From the NCBI GenBank assembly GCA_002353635.1, contig DEKA01000005.1:17146-81145 (forward strand): 64,000 nt of DNA. Direction: 5' to 3'. The notes under the pieces were generated by a model. That model saw only the letters and a list, made by a program, of their open reading frames with translations. It was not told the DNA's origin and searched no databases. This document shows, piece by piece, positions 1 to 9,362 of this stretch (its first letter is position 1; each line of letters starts with the position of its first letter). Source of the DNA: Lachnospiraceae bacterium UBA2734. Lineage in GTDB: Bacteria; Bacillota; Clostridia; Lachnospirales; Lachnospiraceae. A program made the position numbers and the translations under genes.

Positions 1-262
1 TACGCTCCGCTGGGAGGGCACCGGGATAGACAAGAAGGCATATGATGCGAAGAGCGGAAGGCTTCTTGTCTGCACGAATCCCAAATGGTACCGTCCCACA
101 GATGTGGACAATCTTTGGGGAGATCCCACCAAGGCAAAGACTGTTCTTGGTTGGAATCCGCAGAAGACGACATATGAGGAGCTGATTCACATTATGGCAG
201 TGCATGACAGGAAACTGGCAAAGAAGGAAAAGGCGCTGCGGGAAGCGGATTCGAACCTCTGA
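1..262 (+). CDS. gmd: GDP-mannose 4,6-dehydratase, 3' end (partial)
   Basis: Frame from base 2 reads TLRWEGTG...NPKWYRPTDVDNLWGDPTKAKTVLGWNP...stop at 260-262, the typical Gmd C-terminus; directly upstream of fcl. Confidence 0.9.
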   Translation, partial: TLRWEGTGIDKKAYDAKSGRLLVCTNPKWYRPTDVDNLWGDPTKAKTVLGWNPQKTTYEELIHIMAVHDRKLAKKEKALREADSNL

Positions 263-349
263 AGACACGGTATTGTTAAAAGCAATCAGAAGTACTGTTG
301 TATTTAAAGAACGGAGCTGCCTTTTGCGGCAGCAGAAAGAAGATTTGCA

Positions 350-1333
350 ATGAGTGAAATTCCGGAAGAATACAGATCAAAGCAGCCGCCCATGCCCAAG
401 GACGCAAAGATTTATGTGGCAGGACACCGCGGCATGGTGGGCTCTGCCATTGTCCGCGAACTGAACAGACAGGGGTATACGAACATTGTCACGAGGACGC
501 ACAAGGAACTGGATCTGTGCAGACAGGACGCAGTAGAGGATTTCTTCGCACAGGAGAAGCCCGACTATGTTTTCCTTGCAGCAGCTAAGGTCGGCGGCAT
601 TGTCGCCAACCAGGAGGCACTCGCGGACTTCATGTACCAGAACATGATCCTCGAGATGAATGTGATCCACTCTGCCTGGCAGAACAATGTGAAGAAGTTT
701 GAGTTCCTCGGCAGCTCCTGCATCTATCCCAGAATGGCACCGCAGCCTATGAAGGAGTCCTGCCTCCTCACATCTTCTCTGGAGAAGACGAATGAGGCCT
801 ATGCACTTGCGAAGATCTCCGGTCTCAAGTACTGTGAGTTCTTAAACCGCCAGTACGGCACGGACTACATCAGCGTTATGCCCACAAACCTTTATGGGCC
901 GAACGATAACTATCATCCGACGCACAGCCACGTTCTGCCGGCCCTGATCAGGAGGTTCCATGAGGCAAAGGTACAGAATCTTCCTTATGTAACCTGCTGG
1001 GGAGACGGCTCGCCTCTGCGTGAGTTCCTGTACGTGGATGACCTCGCCAACCTCTGCGTGTTCCTCATGAACAACTACAGCGGCAATGAGACGGTCAACG
1101 CGGGCACCGGTAAAGAGTGTACGATCAAGGAACTGACAGAGCGCGTGGCAAGGATTGTCGGTTATAAAGGAGAGATCCGCTGGGATCCCTCAAAGCCGAA
1201 CGGAACGCCCAGAAAGCTCCTCGACATTTCTAAGTCGAAGGCCATGGGATGGGCACCGAAGACGAGTCTTGATGAGGGAATCCGACTGACTTATGAGGAC
1301 TTCCTGCATAATCCGATGCGCGCGGAGCGATGA
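350..1333 (+). CDS. fcl: GDP-L-fucose synthase
   Basis: IYVAGHRGMVGSA, AAAKVGGI, FLGSSCIYP, NEAYALAK, PTNLYGPNDN, WGDGSPLREF motifs. Confidence 0.96.
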   Translation: MSEIPEEYRSKQPPMPKDAKIYVAGHRGMVGSAIVRELNRQGYTNIVTRTHKELDLCRQDAVEDFFAQEKPDYVFLAAAKVGGIVANQEALADFMYQNMILEMNVIHSAWQNNVKKFEFLGSSCIYPRMAPQPMKESCLLTSSLEKTNEAYALAKISGLKYCEFLNRQYGTDYISVMPTNLYGPNDNYHPTHSHVLPALIRRFHEAKVQNLPYVTCWGDGSPLREFLYVDDLANLCVFLMNNYSGNETVNAGTGKECTIKELTERVARIVGYKGEIRWDPSKPNGTPRKLLDISKSKAMGWAPKTSLDEGIRLTYEDFLHNPMRAER

Positions 1334-1343
1334 AGGTGTTATT

Positions 1344-2660
1344 ATGCACATTATTCTGCTGAGCGGCGGCTCCGGAAAGAGGCTCTGGCCCCTGTCCAAC
1401 GATATCCGCTCCAAACAGTTCATCAAAATTTTCAGAAGAGAAGACGGCACCTACGAGTCCATGGTACAGAGGATGTACCGCCAGATCCGGAAGGTGGACC
1501 GCGATGCAACGGTGACGATCGCGACGGCGAAGTCGCAGGTGTCGCAGCTGCGCAACCAGTTGGGAGATGATATCTCCATTTCGCTGGAGCCGTGCCGGAG
1601 AGATACTTTTCCGGCCATTGTGCTGGCCACGGCCTATCTTCGGGATGTGGAGCATGTGGACGAAAGTGAGCCTGTCGTCGTCTGCCCGGTAGATCCGTAT
1701 GTGGGCGATGGGTATTTTGAGGCGTTAAAGCGCCTCTCTGATCTCGCCGCGCAGGGAAAAGCCAATCTCACGGTCATGGGCATAGAGCCCACGTACCCCT
1801 CTGAGAAGTACGGCTATGTCATCCCTGTGACGAAGGACCAGGTCAGCAGAGTCTCCACCTTCCACGAGAAGCCGGATGTGGAAACCGCAAAGAGATATAT
1901 CAGTGAAGGGGCCCTCTGGAATGCCGGCGTCTTCGCCTATAAAATCGGATATGTGCTGCAGAAGGCAAGAGAGCTGATGCAGTTCGCAGACTACGATGAG
2001 CTGTTCTCGAGATATGAATCCCTGAAGAAGATCAGCTTCGACTACGCGGTGTGCGAGCACGAGGAGAACATCCAGGTGCTGCGCTACGCCGGCGAGTGGA
2101 AGGACATGGGCACCTGGAATACGCTGACCGAGGCGATGACAGAACCTGTGATTGGCAAAGGAACGCTCAATGACAGGTGCACGAATGTGAATGTTGTCAA
2201 TGAGCTGGATGTACCCGTCCTTGTCATGGGGCTGCAGAACGCCGTTGTGGCGGCGAGCCCGGAAGGCATCCTTGTCTCGGACAAGGAGCAGTCCAGCTAC
2301 ATCAAGCCCTTTGTGGATGCGATGGACCAGCAGGTCATGTTCGCAGAGAAGTCCTGGGGAAGTTTCCAGGTGCTGGACGTCGAGAAGGAGAGTCTGACCA
2401 TTCTGGTGACCTTGAAGCCGGGACACGGCATGAACTACCACGCTCATCAGCACAGGGATGAGGTATGGAACATCATCTCCGGCACAGGCACCACAATTGT
2501 GGACGGCATGGAGCAGAAGGTCAGACCCGGCGATGTCATCACGATGCAGGCGGGATGCCGGCACACCATCATGGCAGACGATTCGGAGCTGAAGGTGATC
2601 GAGGTACAGCTGGGCAAGTCCATCTCTGTGCACGATAAGATCAAGTATGAGCTGGAGTGA
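1344..2660 (+). CDS. manC: Mannose-1-phosphate guanylyltransferase with C-terminal cupin domain
   Basis: LLSGGSGKRLWPLS...KQF, EPCRRDT, FHEKP, WNAGVF, C-terminal cupin (KSWG, HQHRDEVW); start moved to ATG 1344 (ORF opens at 1293). Confidence 0.9.
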   Translation: MHIILLSGGSGKRLWPLSNDIRSKQFIKIFRREDGTYESMVQRMYRQIRKVDRDATVTIATAKSQVSQLRNQLGDDISISLEPCRRDTFPAIVLATAYLRDVEHVDESEPVVVCPVDPYVGDGYFEALKRLSDLAAQGKANLTVMGIEPTYPSEKYGYVIPVTKDQVSRVSTFHEKPDVETAKRYISEGALWNAGVFAYKIGYVLQKARELMQFADYDELFSRYESLKKISFDYAVCEHEENIQVLRYAGEWKDMGTWNTLTEAMTEPVIGKGTLNDRCTNVNVVNELDVPVLVMGLQNAVVAASPEGILVSDKEQSSYIKPFVDAMDQQVMFAEKSWGSFQVLDVEKESLTILVTLKPGHGMNYHAHQHRDEVWNIISGTGTTIVDGMEQKVRPGDVITMQAGCRHTIMADDSELKVIEVQLGKSISVHDKIKYELE

Positions 2661-2760
2661 GATACCATTTTGAGTGGGTATTCTGTTCGCCGGCCGCTGA
2701 ATCAGTACGTCTTTGCCGGTGCAGCGCCTGCTGAACAGATTTGTTTTCGAAAGAGAGTGT

Positions 2761-3783
2761 ATGTCGGAACAGAAGGCACAACTGAATGCTCCGTTTCTGC
2801 TGGATCCGGCAGGCAAGGATTACATCTGGGGCGGGAGGCGTCTGAAGGACGATTTTTCAAAAAATCTGGATCTCACGCCGCTTGCGGAGACATGGGAGTG
2901 CTCAACGCACCCGGACGGCCCGGCAAGGGCGGCCTCAGGTCCGTTTAAGGGGGAGCTTCTGCAGGATATCCTTCGGGAGCACCAGGAGTTTTTCGGCACA
3001 CATCCAAGTGCCAATCCGGATATACAGACGCAGAACGGAGAGCTTCCCGTTCTGATCAAGTTCATCGACGCGAAGAGAGACCTCTCCGTGCAGGTGCATC
3101 CGGATGACGACTATGCAAGGACGCATGAAAACGGGGCGCTCGGCAAGAGTGAGATGTGGTACGTCGTGGATGCGACGCCGACGGCACATCTGATTTACGG
3201 CTTCAACAGAGACATGGACCGGGAAAGTGTCCTGCGTGCCCTGGATGACGGCAGTATAGAGAAGTATCTGCAGAAGGTTCCGGTACAGAAGGGCGATGTC
3301 TTCTATATCCAGTCGGGCACAGTACACGCAATCTGTGCCGGCGCCCTTGTCGTGGAAGTGCAGGAGAGCTCGAATCTGACCTACCGGCTGTACGACTATC
3401 ACAGAAAGGGAAAAGACGGGAAGGAGCGGCCGCTCCACATAGCAAAGGCTCTGGACGTTGCGAATCTGAAGGGATCCGCGCAGCCAAGGCAGCCTATGCA
3501 CGTGCTGCGCTATCATCCCGGCATCGCTTCAGAGTTTCTCTGCCGGTGCAAATATTTTGAGGTGGAACACATTCTCCTTAATACAGAGAGAATACGGCCG
3601 ATGGCCTCCTACAAAAGCAGTGCAACATCATTTGAAGTTCTTATTGTCACTGACGGCTGCGGCATGTTAATGTGGAATTCGGAGAGCCTTCCGTTTTTCC
3701 GCGGAGATACCTTTTTTGTTCCGGCGGACTCGCCGGAGATTCATATCCATGGAAAGGCGGAGCTGCTGCGCGTCACCTGCTGA
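2761..3783 (+). CDS. manA: Type I mannose-6-phosphate isomerase
   Basis: KDYIWGG, AETWECSTHPDG, LIKFIDA...LSVQVHPDD, GKSEMWY, EVQESSNLTYRLYDY; start moved to ATG 2761. Confidence 0.9.
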   Translation: MSEQKAQLNAPFLLDPAGKDYIWGGRRLKDDFSKNLDLTPLAETWECSTHPDGPARAASGPFKGELLQDILREHQEFFGTHPSANPDIQTQNGELPVLIKFIDAKRDLSVQVHPDDDYARTHENGALGKSEMWYVVDATPTAHLIYGFNRDMDRESVLRALDDGSIEKYLQKVPVQKGDVFYIQSGTVHAICAGALVVEVQESSNLTYRLYDYHRKGKDGKERPLHIAKALDVANLKGSAQPRQPMHVLRYHPGIASEFLCRCKYFEVEHILLNTERIRPMASYKSSATSFEVLIVTDGCGMLMWNSESLPFFRGDTFFVPADSPEIHIHGKAELLRVTC

Positions 3784-3876
3784 GAACATAAGACACATAC
3801 AGCTGTCTGGCACCTCCTCCCGAATTGCTCCAAAGATGTCGAGGGGTGCTGAACAATTATCATATAGGAATCGAAT

Positions 3877-5064
3877 ATGAAAAAATTAAACGGAACCGTC
3901 ATTGTCACCTACCGGTGCAATGCAAGGTGCACGATGTGCAACCGCTACAAGGCACCTTCAAGGCCGGATGAAGAGATATCCATCGAGACGATCAGGAAGC
4001 TTCCGCCGATGTATTTTACGAACATCACGGGAGGAGAGCCGTTTATTCGCCAGGATCTCCCGGACATTGTGCGGGAACTGAATAAAATTTCGGACCGTAT
4101 CGTCATCTCGACGAACGGTTTTTTTACGGACAGAATTATTGCCCTGTGTAAGGAGTTTCCGAACATAGGCATTCGTATCTCCATCGAGGGTCTTGAGCAG
4201 ACGAACAATGAGATCCGGGGGCTTCCCGACGGCTTCAACAGGGGATACCAGACACTCCTCAAGCTTAAGGAGATGGGACTTAAAGATGTTGGCTTTGGCA
4301 TGACGGTGCAGGACCGCAATGCAGCGGATCTCGTGCCGCTCTATGATCTCTCCAATAAGCTTGGCATGGAGTTCGCGACGGCCAGTCTCCACAACAGCTT
4401 CTACTTCGTGGAGGCAAAGAACATCATTCATGACCGGCCGATGGTGGCGCAGAATTTCGAGAATCTGATCAATGAGCTCCTGAATTCGAACAGCCCGAAG
4501 AAGTGGTTCAGGGCGTATTTCAACCACGGCCTCATCAACTATATCTATGGGCAGAAGAGACTTCTTCCCTGTGATATGAGCTTTGATACCTTTTTCATCG
4601 ATCCCTATGGTGATGTGATGCCCTGTAACGGCACAAAGGATAAGGAAGTGATGGGCAATCTCAACACGCAGAGCTGGGATGAGCTGTGGAATTCCGAACA
4701 GGCAGAGAAGGTGAGATACAAGGTGCGCCACTGTGAGAGACAGTGCTGGATGATCGGCTCCGTCTCTCCTGCGATGCACAAGTACATCTGGGTGCCCGCA
4801 TGGTGGGTATTCCGTCACAAATTCCTTCGCTTTTTCAAGAAGAAGAAGTACAGCATGTACGAACTGCCGATCGTCAGGGCATATAGAGACGGCAAAGTCA
4901 GCAAGGAAGAGCTGGATAAGTGCAGCACCTGTGATCTCTCCTGCGTCGTGAACAACGGACTCTCCGAGGCTTCAAACGCACAGCTCAAAAGCCGGACGGG
5001 CGAAGAGATTGTTGCGGAAGATATTGCAAAACAGAGCAAGAGCGATTATAACATTAAAGATTGA
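3877..5064 (+). CDS. Radical SAM protein with SPASM/Twitch domain
   Basis: CNARCTMC (CxxxCxxC), TGGEP, STNG, PC...IDPYGDVMPC...GNL...CERQC, extra CSTC near the C-terminus. Confidence 0.92.
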   Translation: MKKLNGTVIVTYRCNARCTMCNRYKAPSRPDEEISIETIRKLPPMYFTNITGGEPFIRQDLPDIVRELNKISDRIVISTNGFFTDRIIALCKEFPNIGIRISIEGLEQTNNEIRGLPDGFNRGYQTLLKLKEMGLKDVGFGMTVQDRNAADLVPLYDLSNKLGMEFATASLHNSFYFVEAKNIIHDRPMVAQNFENLINELLNSNSPKKWFRAYFNHGLINYIYGQKRLLPCDMSFDTFFIDPYGDVMPCNGTKDKEVMGNLNTQSWDELWNSEQAEKVRYKVRHCERQCWMIGSVSPAMHKYIWVPAWWVFRHKFLRFFKKKKYSMYELPIVRAYRDGKVSKEELDKCSTCDLSCVVNNGLSEASNAQLKSRTGEEIVAEDIAKQSKSDYNIKD

Positions 5065-5118
5065 CACAAATATTCACATAAAGTTTACATTCTCGTAACA
5101 GAACGGCTCAATCTCCAT

Positions 5119-7389
5119 ATGGAAGAGAAGAAGACTACAGACAACAGAAAAAACGGCGTCTCCGAGGACGAACTGAAGAAGGCGGTGAGAACGGCGCAGC
5201 TCCCGAAGGGGGAGGCACTGGATGATACTGTCTCTTTGGATGACGTGCAGAAGGCAGTCGGCGGAGCGGCAATCCCGAAGGGAGAGGCGCTGGACGATAC
5301 GGTCTCCCTTGATGATGTGCAGAAGGCGATCGGCAGAACGACGATCCCGAAGGGAGAGGCCCTCGACGATAAGGTTTCTCTTGATGATGTGCAGAAGGCC
5401 GTTGGCGGAGAGGACATTCCCGAGGGGGAGGCGCTCGATGATACCGCATCTCTCGAGGAGGCGGCACGGGCGGTAAAGGCTGTGCGGGCCGGCAGAAAGA
5501 GCGTCGGTCAGAAAGCGGACTATGAGCAGGAGGCAGACAGTGCAGAGAAAGCGGCCAACAGCGCCTCTGCCGGTTCTGCAGACAATTCTTCAGAGCGTGC
5601 GGACAGACAGTCGGCCGATTCTGACGCTGATGATGAGGCACCGGAGGGTGTTGAGATCATCGATCGGGGGGATAATAAGAAGCCTTCTTCTGCAGGCGCC
5701 GGGAATGACAGCCAAGGCGGGGCGGACGATACAAAGGAGAGTGCTTCTGAAGGTGCTGCGGAGAATGCAGGGACAGGAAGAGAGCCTGAAGCTGCAGAAG
5801 ATCTCTCTGCCGAAAAGAGCGGAAAGAAGAACCGCCGCAGGGAAGGAACAGCCGGAGCAGCCAGAAAGATCCTGCTCACACTTATTATTGTGATTGTGGC
5901 GCTTGTCGGCGCAGGGTACGGATTTTATCACTATGAGTTCTCCAGAATGCAGCGGGAGAATGCCGGCGACTACTCCTCCGAGGAAGTTATCAAGAGAGTC
6001 TCTGAAGAGATGGATGACGACGACAGCAACAAAGCGATGGAGAAGCAGACGAAGGGTCTGCAGTCCGGAGAGGCAGTCGCGGCCGAGGGAGATGTTTTCA
6101 AAGACGACGATGTCTATAACATTCTCCTCATCGGCACGGATGACCGCACGAGAAAATTCGCCGCGGATGCAAGAGGCGATAGCTGCATTCTTCTCTCTCT
6201 CAATAAGAAGACCGGCAAGGTACACCTGGTCAGCTTCGAGAGAGGTATCGGCGTTCCTATTCTCTCAGGTCCATATAAGGGCCAGTATGACTGGCTGACG
6301 CACACATTCCGCTATGGCGGCGCGGAGCTGATGACAGCGGAGATCCGGGAGAATTTCAAGATCGATGTTGACAGGTATATCCGCATCAATATCCAGACGC
6401 TGATCGATGTGATCAATGCGATCGGCGGCGTCGATGTGGCCATGACACCGAAGGAGGCGGAGCATATCAACCATCCGGAGGGAACTTATACGGCAGGCTA
6501 TATCATGGGCATGCATGTAGAGGACGACATGCAGGTCTGTCATGCCGGCATGAACCATCTGAACGGCGCTACTGCCATGGTCTATGCGCGCACGAGGGCA
6601 ATTGATGACGACTGGCACCGCATGAAGAGACAGAGAAGGATCATTATGGCGGCGGCGAATAAGCTGAGCAAGCTCAGTACAACGCAGATGCTCGAAGTCT
6701 TAAATGATGTAGTGCCGATGATCCAGACCAACCTCTCGGAATCTGAGGTTGCAGAGCTCCTCACGCTTGCCCCGAAGTTCATGGGCGCAAAGGTGGAGCA
6801 GATGGCAGTTCCTGCCACCGGAACGTACGGCGTGATGAAGGGCATGGAGGGCAGAAGTCTCTTTGCAGTTGACTTCAACATCAACTCCAAGATCATTTTG
6901 AGTGCACTGTACGGTCTCGAGGCACCGGACATGAGCAATTACCAGTATTCCTCCGATTCATCCAAGGGAGCGGTGACAGACAGCAGCACATCCTCATCGT
7001 CATCGCGCTCCTCCGGCAGCAGAACGCAGAGCACCGGATCATCGTCATCTGTCAGTGCAGCGCAGAGTCAGCCGAGTGTGAGTGAGGGCACTGCAGATCC
7101 CGGCAACGTTGTGGATGAAGCACAGGATGCGCAGATGGCGCAGGAGCAGAGCGCAGCAGACAGCCAGGATGCGGCAGCGCAGGCTCAGCAGGCTGAGGAT
7201 ACGCAGAATGCAGACATCAGTCAGGATACGGCTGCGCAGCAGACGCAGCCGACCGTGGATACATCGAATCTGACGCCTGCGGAGCAGGCGCAGTTCCAGC
7301 AGCAGTTCCTCGACCAGTACAACCAGCAGCTGCAGGCACAGCAGGCCGCAGCTGCCGCTGCTGCTGCAGCACAGGGCACAGGACAGTAA
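5119..7389 (+). CDS. LCP (LytR-CpsA-Psr) family glycopolymer ligase with repetitive N-terminus and Ser/Gln/Ala-rich tail
   Basis: Single TM, NILLIGTDDR, RGDS, VSFERG, LNGATAMVYARTR, DDWHRMKRQR. Confidence 0.9.
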   Translation: MEEKKTTDNRKNGVSEDELKKAVRTAQLPKGEALDDTVSLDDVQKAVGGAAIPKGEALDDTVSLDDVQKAIGRTTIPKGEALDDKVSLDDVQKAVGGEDIPEGEALDDTASLEEAARAVKAVRAGRKSVGQKADYEQEADSAEKAANSASAGSADNSSERADRQSADSDADDEAPEGVEIIDRGDNKKPSSAGAGNDSQGGADDTKESASEGAAENAGTGREPEAAEDLSAEKSGKKNRRREGTAGAARKILLTLIIVIVALVGAGYGFYHYEFSRMQRENAGDYSSEEVIKRVSEEMDDDDSNKAMEKQTKGLQSGEAVAAEGDVFKDDDVYNILLIGTDDRTRKFAADARGDSCILLSLNKKTGKVHLVSFERGIGVPILSGPYKGQYDWLTHTFRYGGAELMTAEIRENFKIDVDRYIRINIQTLIDVINAIGGVDVAMTPKEAEHINHPEGTYTAGYIMGMHVEDDMQVCHAGMNHLNGATAMVYARTRAIDDDWHRMKRQRRIIMAAANKLSKLSTTQMLEVLNDVVPMIQTNLSESEVAELLTLAPKFMGAKVEQMAVPATGTYGVMKGMEGRSLFAVDFNINSKIILSALYGLEAPDMSNYQYSSDSSKGAVTDSSTSSSSSRSSGSRTQSTGSSSSVSAAQSQPSVSEGTADPGNVVDEAQDAQMAQEQSAADSQDAAAQAQQAEDTQNADISQDTAAQQTQPTVDTSNLTPAEQAQFQQQFLDQYNQQLQAQQAAAAAAAAAQGTGQ
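5203..5470 (+). repeat. Coding tandem repeat, 72-bp (24-aa) unit, about 4 copies
   Basis: PKGEALDDTVSLDDVQKAVGGAAI units start at 5203, 5275, 5347, 5419. Confidence 0.95.
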
Positions 7390-7429
7390 CCTGATCAAAA
7401 GATACGGCATACAAGGGGCAGAGTCACAT

Positions 7430-8350
7430 ATGGGAATACAGACATCCGGACAGCCAGGTGCTGCCCAGACTGCAAAACCGCATAAGGTGAACGGAAGACA
7501 TTATCCGGCAGAGGGGCAGAGTCCAACTGTCCGGATTATTGTTGCCACGCATAAACAGTACCGTATGCCAACGGACAAGATGTACCTTCCGCTCCATGTG
7601 GGGGCGGCTGTCGAGGTGGACAAGAACGGCCAGGAGAAGGACATAGGCTACCACAAGGACAATGTCGGAGAGAATATCTCGGTGCGCAATCCTCATTTCT
7701 GCGAGCTGACAGGACTTTACTGGGCATGGAAGCATCTGCATCAGGACTACATCGGCCTTTGCCACTACCGGAGATATTTCAAGGGAAAGCCTGAACACAG
7801 ATCAGCGATCAAAGGCGATATTTTCGATTATATCCTGACATACAAGGAGCTCCGGCCCATGCTGGGGCAGTACAAAGTCTTTGTCCCGAGAAAAAGATAT
7901 TACATTATCGAGACCCTTTACTCCCATTACGATCATACCCATTTCATCGATCACCTTGAGAAGACAAGAGAAATTATAAAGAACAAGTATCCGGACTATC
8001 TGGAGAGCTACGACGAAGTGATGCATATGCGCAGCGGCCATATGTGGAACATGATGATCATGACGCGAGAGCTGCTGAACGAGTACTGCACGTGGCTCTT
8101 TGATATTCTCTTTACGCTTGAGACTGAGGTCGATTTTCAGAACTACAACCAGTATCAGGGCAGATACAGCGGACGTGTGGGCGAACTGATTTTCAATGTG
8201 TGGCTGCGCCAGCAGGTGAAGAGCGGACATCTGCGCAAAGATGAAATCAAGACGCTCCCTTATCTGTATGTCGAGCGGGTGAAGTGGGGGAAGAAGATCA
8301 AGCAGTTCCTTGTTGCCAAATATCTCGGCAGAAAATATGACGCGCAGTAG
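7430..8350 (+). CDS. DUF4422 (GT111-type) glycosyltransferase, likely galactofuranosyltransferase
   Basis: IIVATHKQY..P.DKMYLPLHVG, DNVGENIS.RNP.FCELTGLYWAWK, IGLCHYRRYF. Confidence 0.85.
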   Translation: MGIQTSGQPGAAQTAKPHKVNGRHYPAEGQSPTVRIIVATHKQYRMPTDKMYLPLHVGAAVEVDKNGQEKDIGYHKDNVGENISVRNPHFCELTGLYWAWKHLHQDYIGLCHYRRYFKGKPEHRSAIKGDIFDYILTYKELRPMLGQYKVFVPRKRYYIIETLYSHYDHTHFIDHLEKTREIIKNKYPDYLESYDEVMHMRSGHMWNMMIMTRELLNEYCTWLFDILFTLETEVDFQNYNQYQGRYSGRVGELIFNVWLRQQVKSGHLRKDEIKTLPYLYVERVKWGKKIKQFLVAKYLGRKYDAQ

Positions 8351-8368
8351 TCAGCACAGGGCCATTCT

Positions 8369-9319
8369 ATGAATCTGGAAACGATCGGGATATTCAAACA
8401 TATTAAGTCGAAGGACGCCATCGTGCTCACGGATGACCAGCTCCATGCGCTGCAGAGAACTCTGAACGGAATTCTTCGGGATATCGTGACGGTCTGTGAG
8501 GAAAATGGCCTGACCTACGAGCTCGGCGGAGGCTCCTGTCTTGGTGCGGTGCGCCATCACGGCTTCATTCCCTGGGATGACGACATCGATATCAACATGC
8601 CAAGGCGTGACCATGATATCTTTATCGTGAAGTTCCGGGAAAAATTCGGGGACCGCTACTGGGTTCACACGCCGAGGGAGACAAAGGAGTACGGCCTCCT
8701 TCTCTCAAGGGTCCTCCTGAAGGGTACGAGCGTGCGGACCAGAGAGGATTTTCACAACAAAGAGTGCGGCGCCTTCGTTGATATCTTCGTCATCGAGAAT
8801 ACATATGACAACAAAGTTCTCCGGCAGATTCACGGCATCGTCTGCATGGCCTTCGGCCTCGCCCAATCCTGCCGCAAGTTCTTCCGGGACAGAAAGCCCC
8901 TCCTTGCCCTCCTTGACGGGTGCGAAAATGAGGAGGAGAGACGGCAGTACCAGCGCGTCTTCCGCGTGAAAATTGCGATCGGCGCGGTTCTCTCCTTCAT
9001 GAGCCTCGATTCCTGGATCCGCGCGGCGGACCGGTGGTACTCCATGTGCCGGGATGATCATTCCAGATATGTAACAGTTCCGGCAGGAAGAGCGCATTTC
9101 TTTGGCGAGATGTATCTGCGGAGCGATCTCTGCAGAACAGTGGAGATTTCCTACGATGGAGAGAAGAGAGCGGTTCCGGCTGCGTATGATCTGTATCTGC
9201 GCAGACTCTACGGCGATTACATGCAGATTCCAGAGGATGCAGAGAAGGAACAGCACGTCTTCTTTGCACCATTTTATCTGACAGATGCAGATACCGGCGC
9301 TGTCGCCGGAGAGCAGTGA
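8369..9319 (+). CDS. LicD family phosphotransferase (alditol-phosphate or phosphocholine transferase)
   Basis: GGSCLGAVRHHGFIPWDDDIDINMPR, VDIF, YLRRLYGDYMQIP. Confidence 0.9.
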   Translation: MNLETIGIFKHIKSKDAIVLTDDQLHALQRTLNGILRDIVTVCEENGLTYELGGGSCLGAVRHHGFIPWDDDIDINMPRRDHDIFIVKFREKFGDRYWVHTPRETKEYGLLLSRVLLKGTSVRTREDFHNKECGAFVDIFVIENTYDNKVLRQIHGIVCMAFGLAQSCRKFFRDRKPLLALLDGCENEEERRQYQRVFRVKIAIGAVLSFMSLDSWIRAADRWYSMCRDDHSRYVTVPAGRAHFFGEMYLRSDLCRTVEISYDGEKRAVPAAYDLYLRRLYGDYMQIPEDAEKEQHVFFAPFYLTDADTGAVAGEQ

Positions 9320-9362
9320 TGAGGCACCCGGCGGGTGGAATTAAGAACAGGAGAGATGACGT

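Noticed and set aside
5061-5091. TTGACA promoter before the LCP gene
   Set aside because: No acceptable -10 at 16-18 bp spacing
5203-5470. Regular repeats as a possible CRISPR array
   Set aside because: In-frame coding repeats without unique spacers; no cas genes
8369-9319. Phosphocholine decoration
   Set aside because: No licA/licB/licC in the window; an alditol-phosphate donor is more parsimonious
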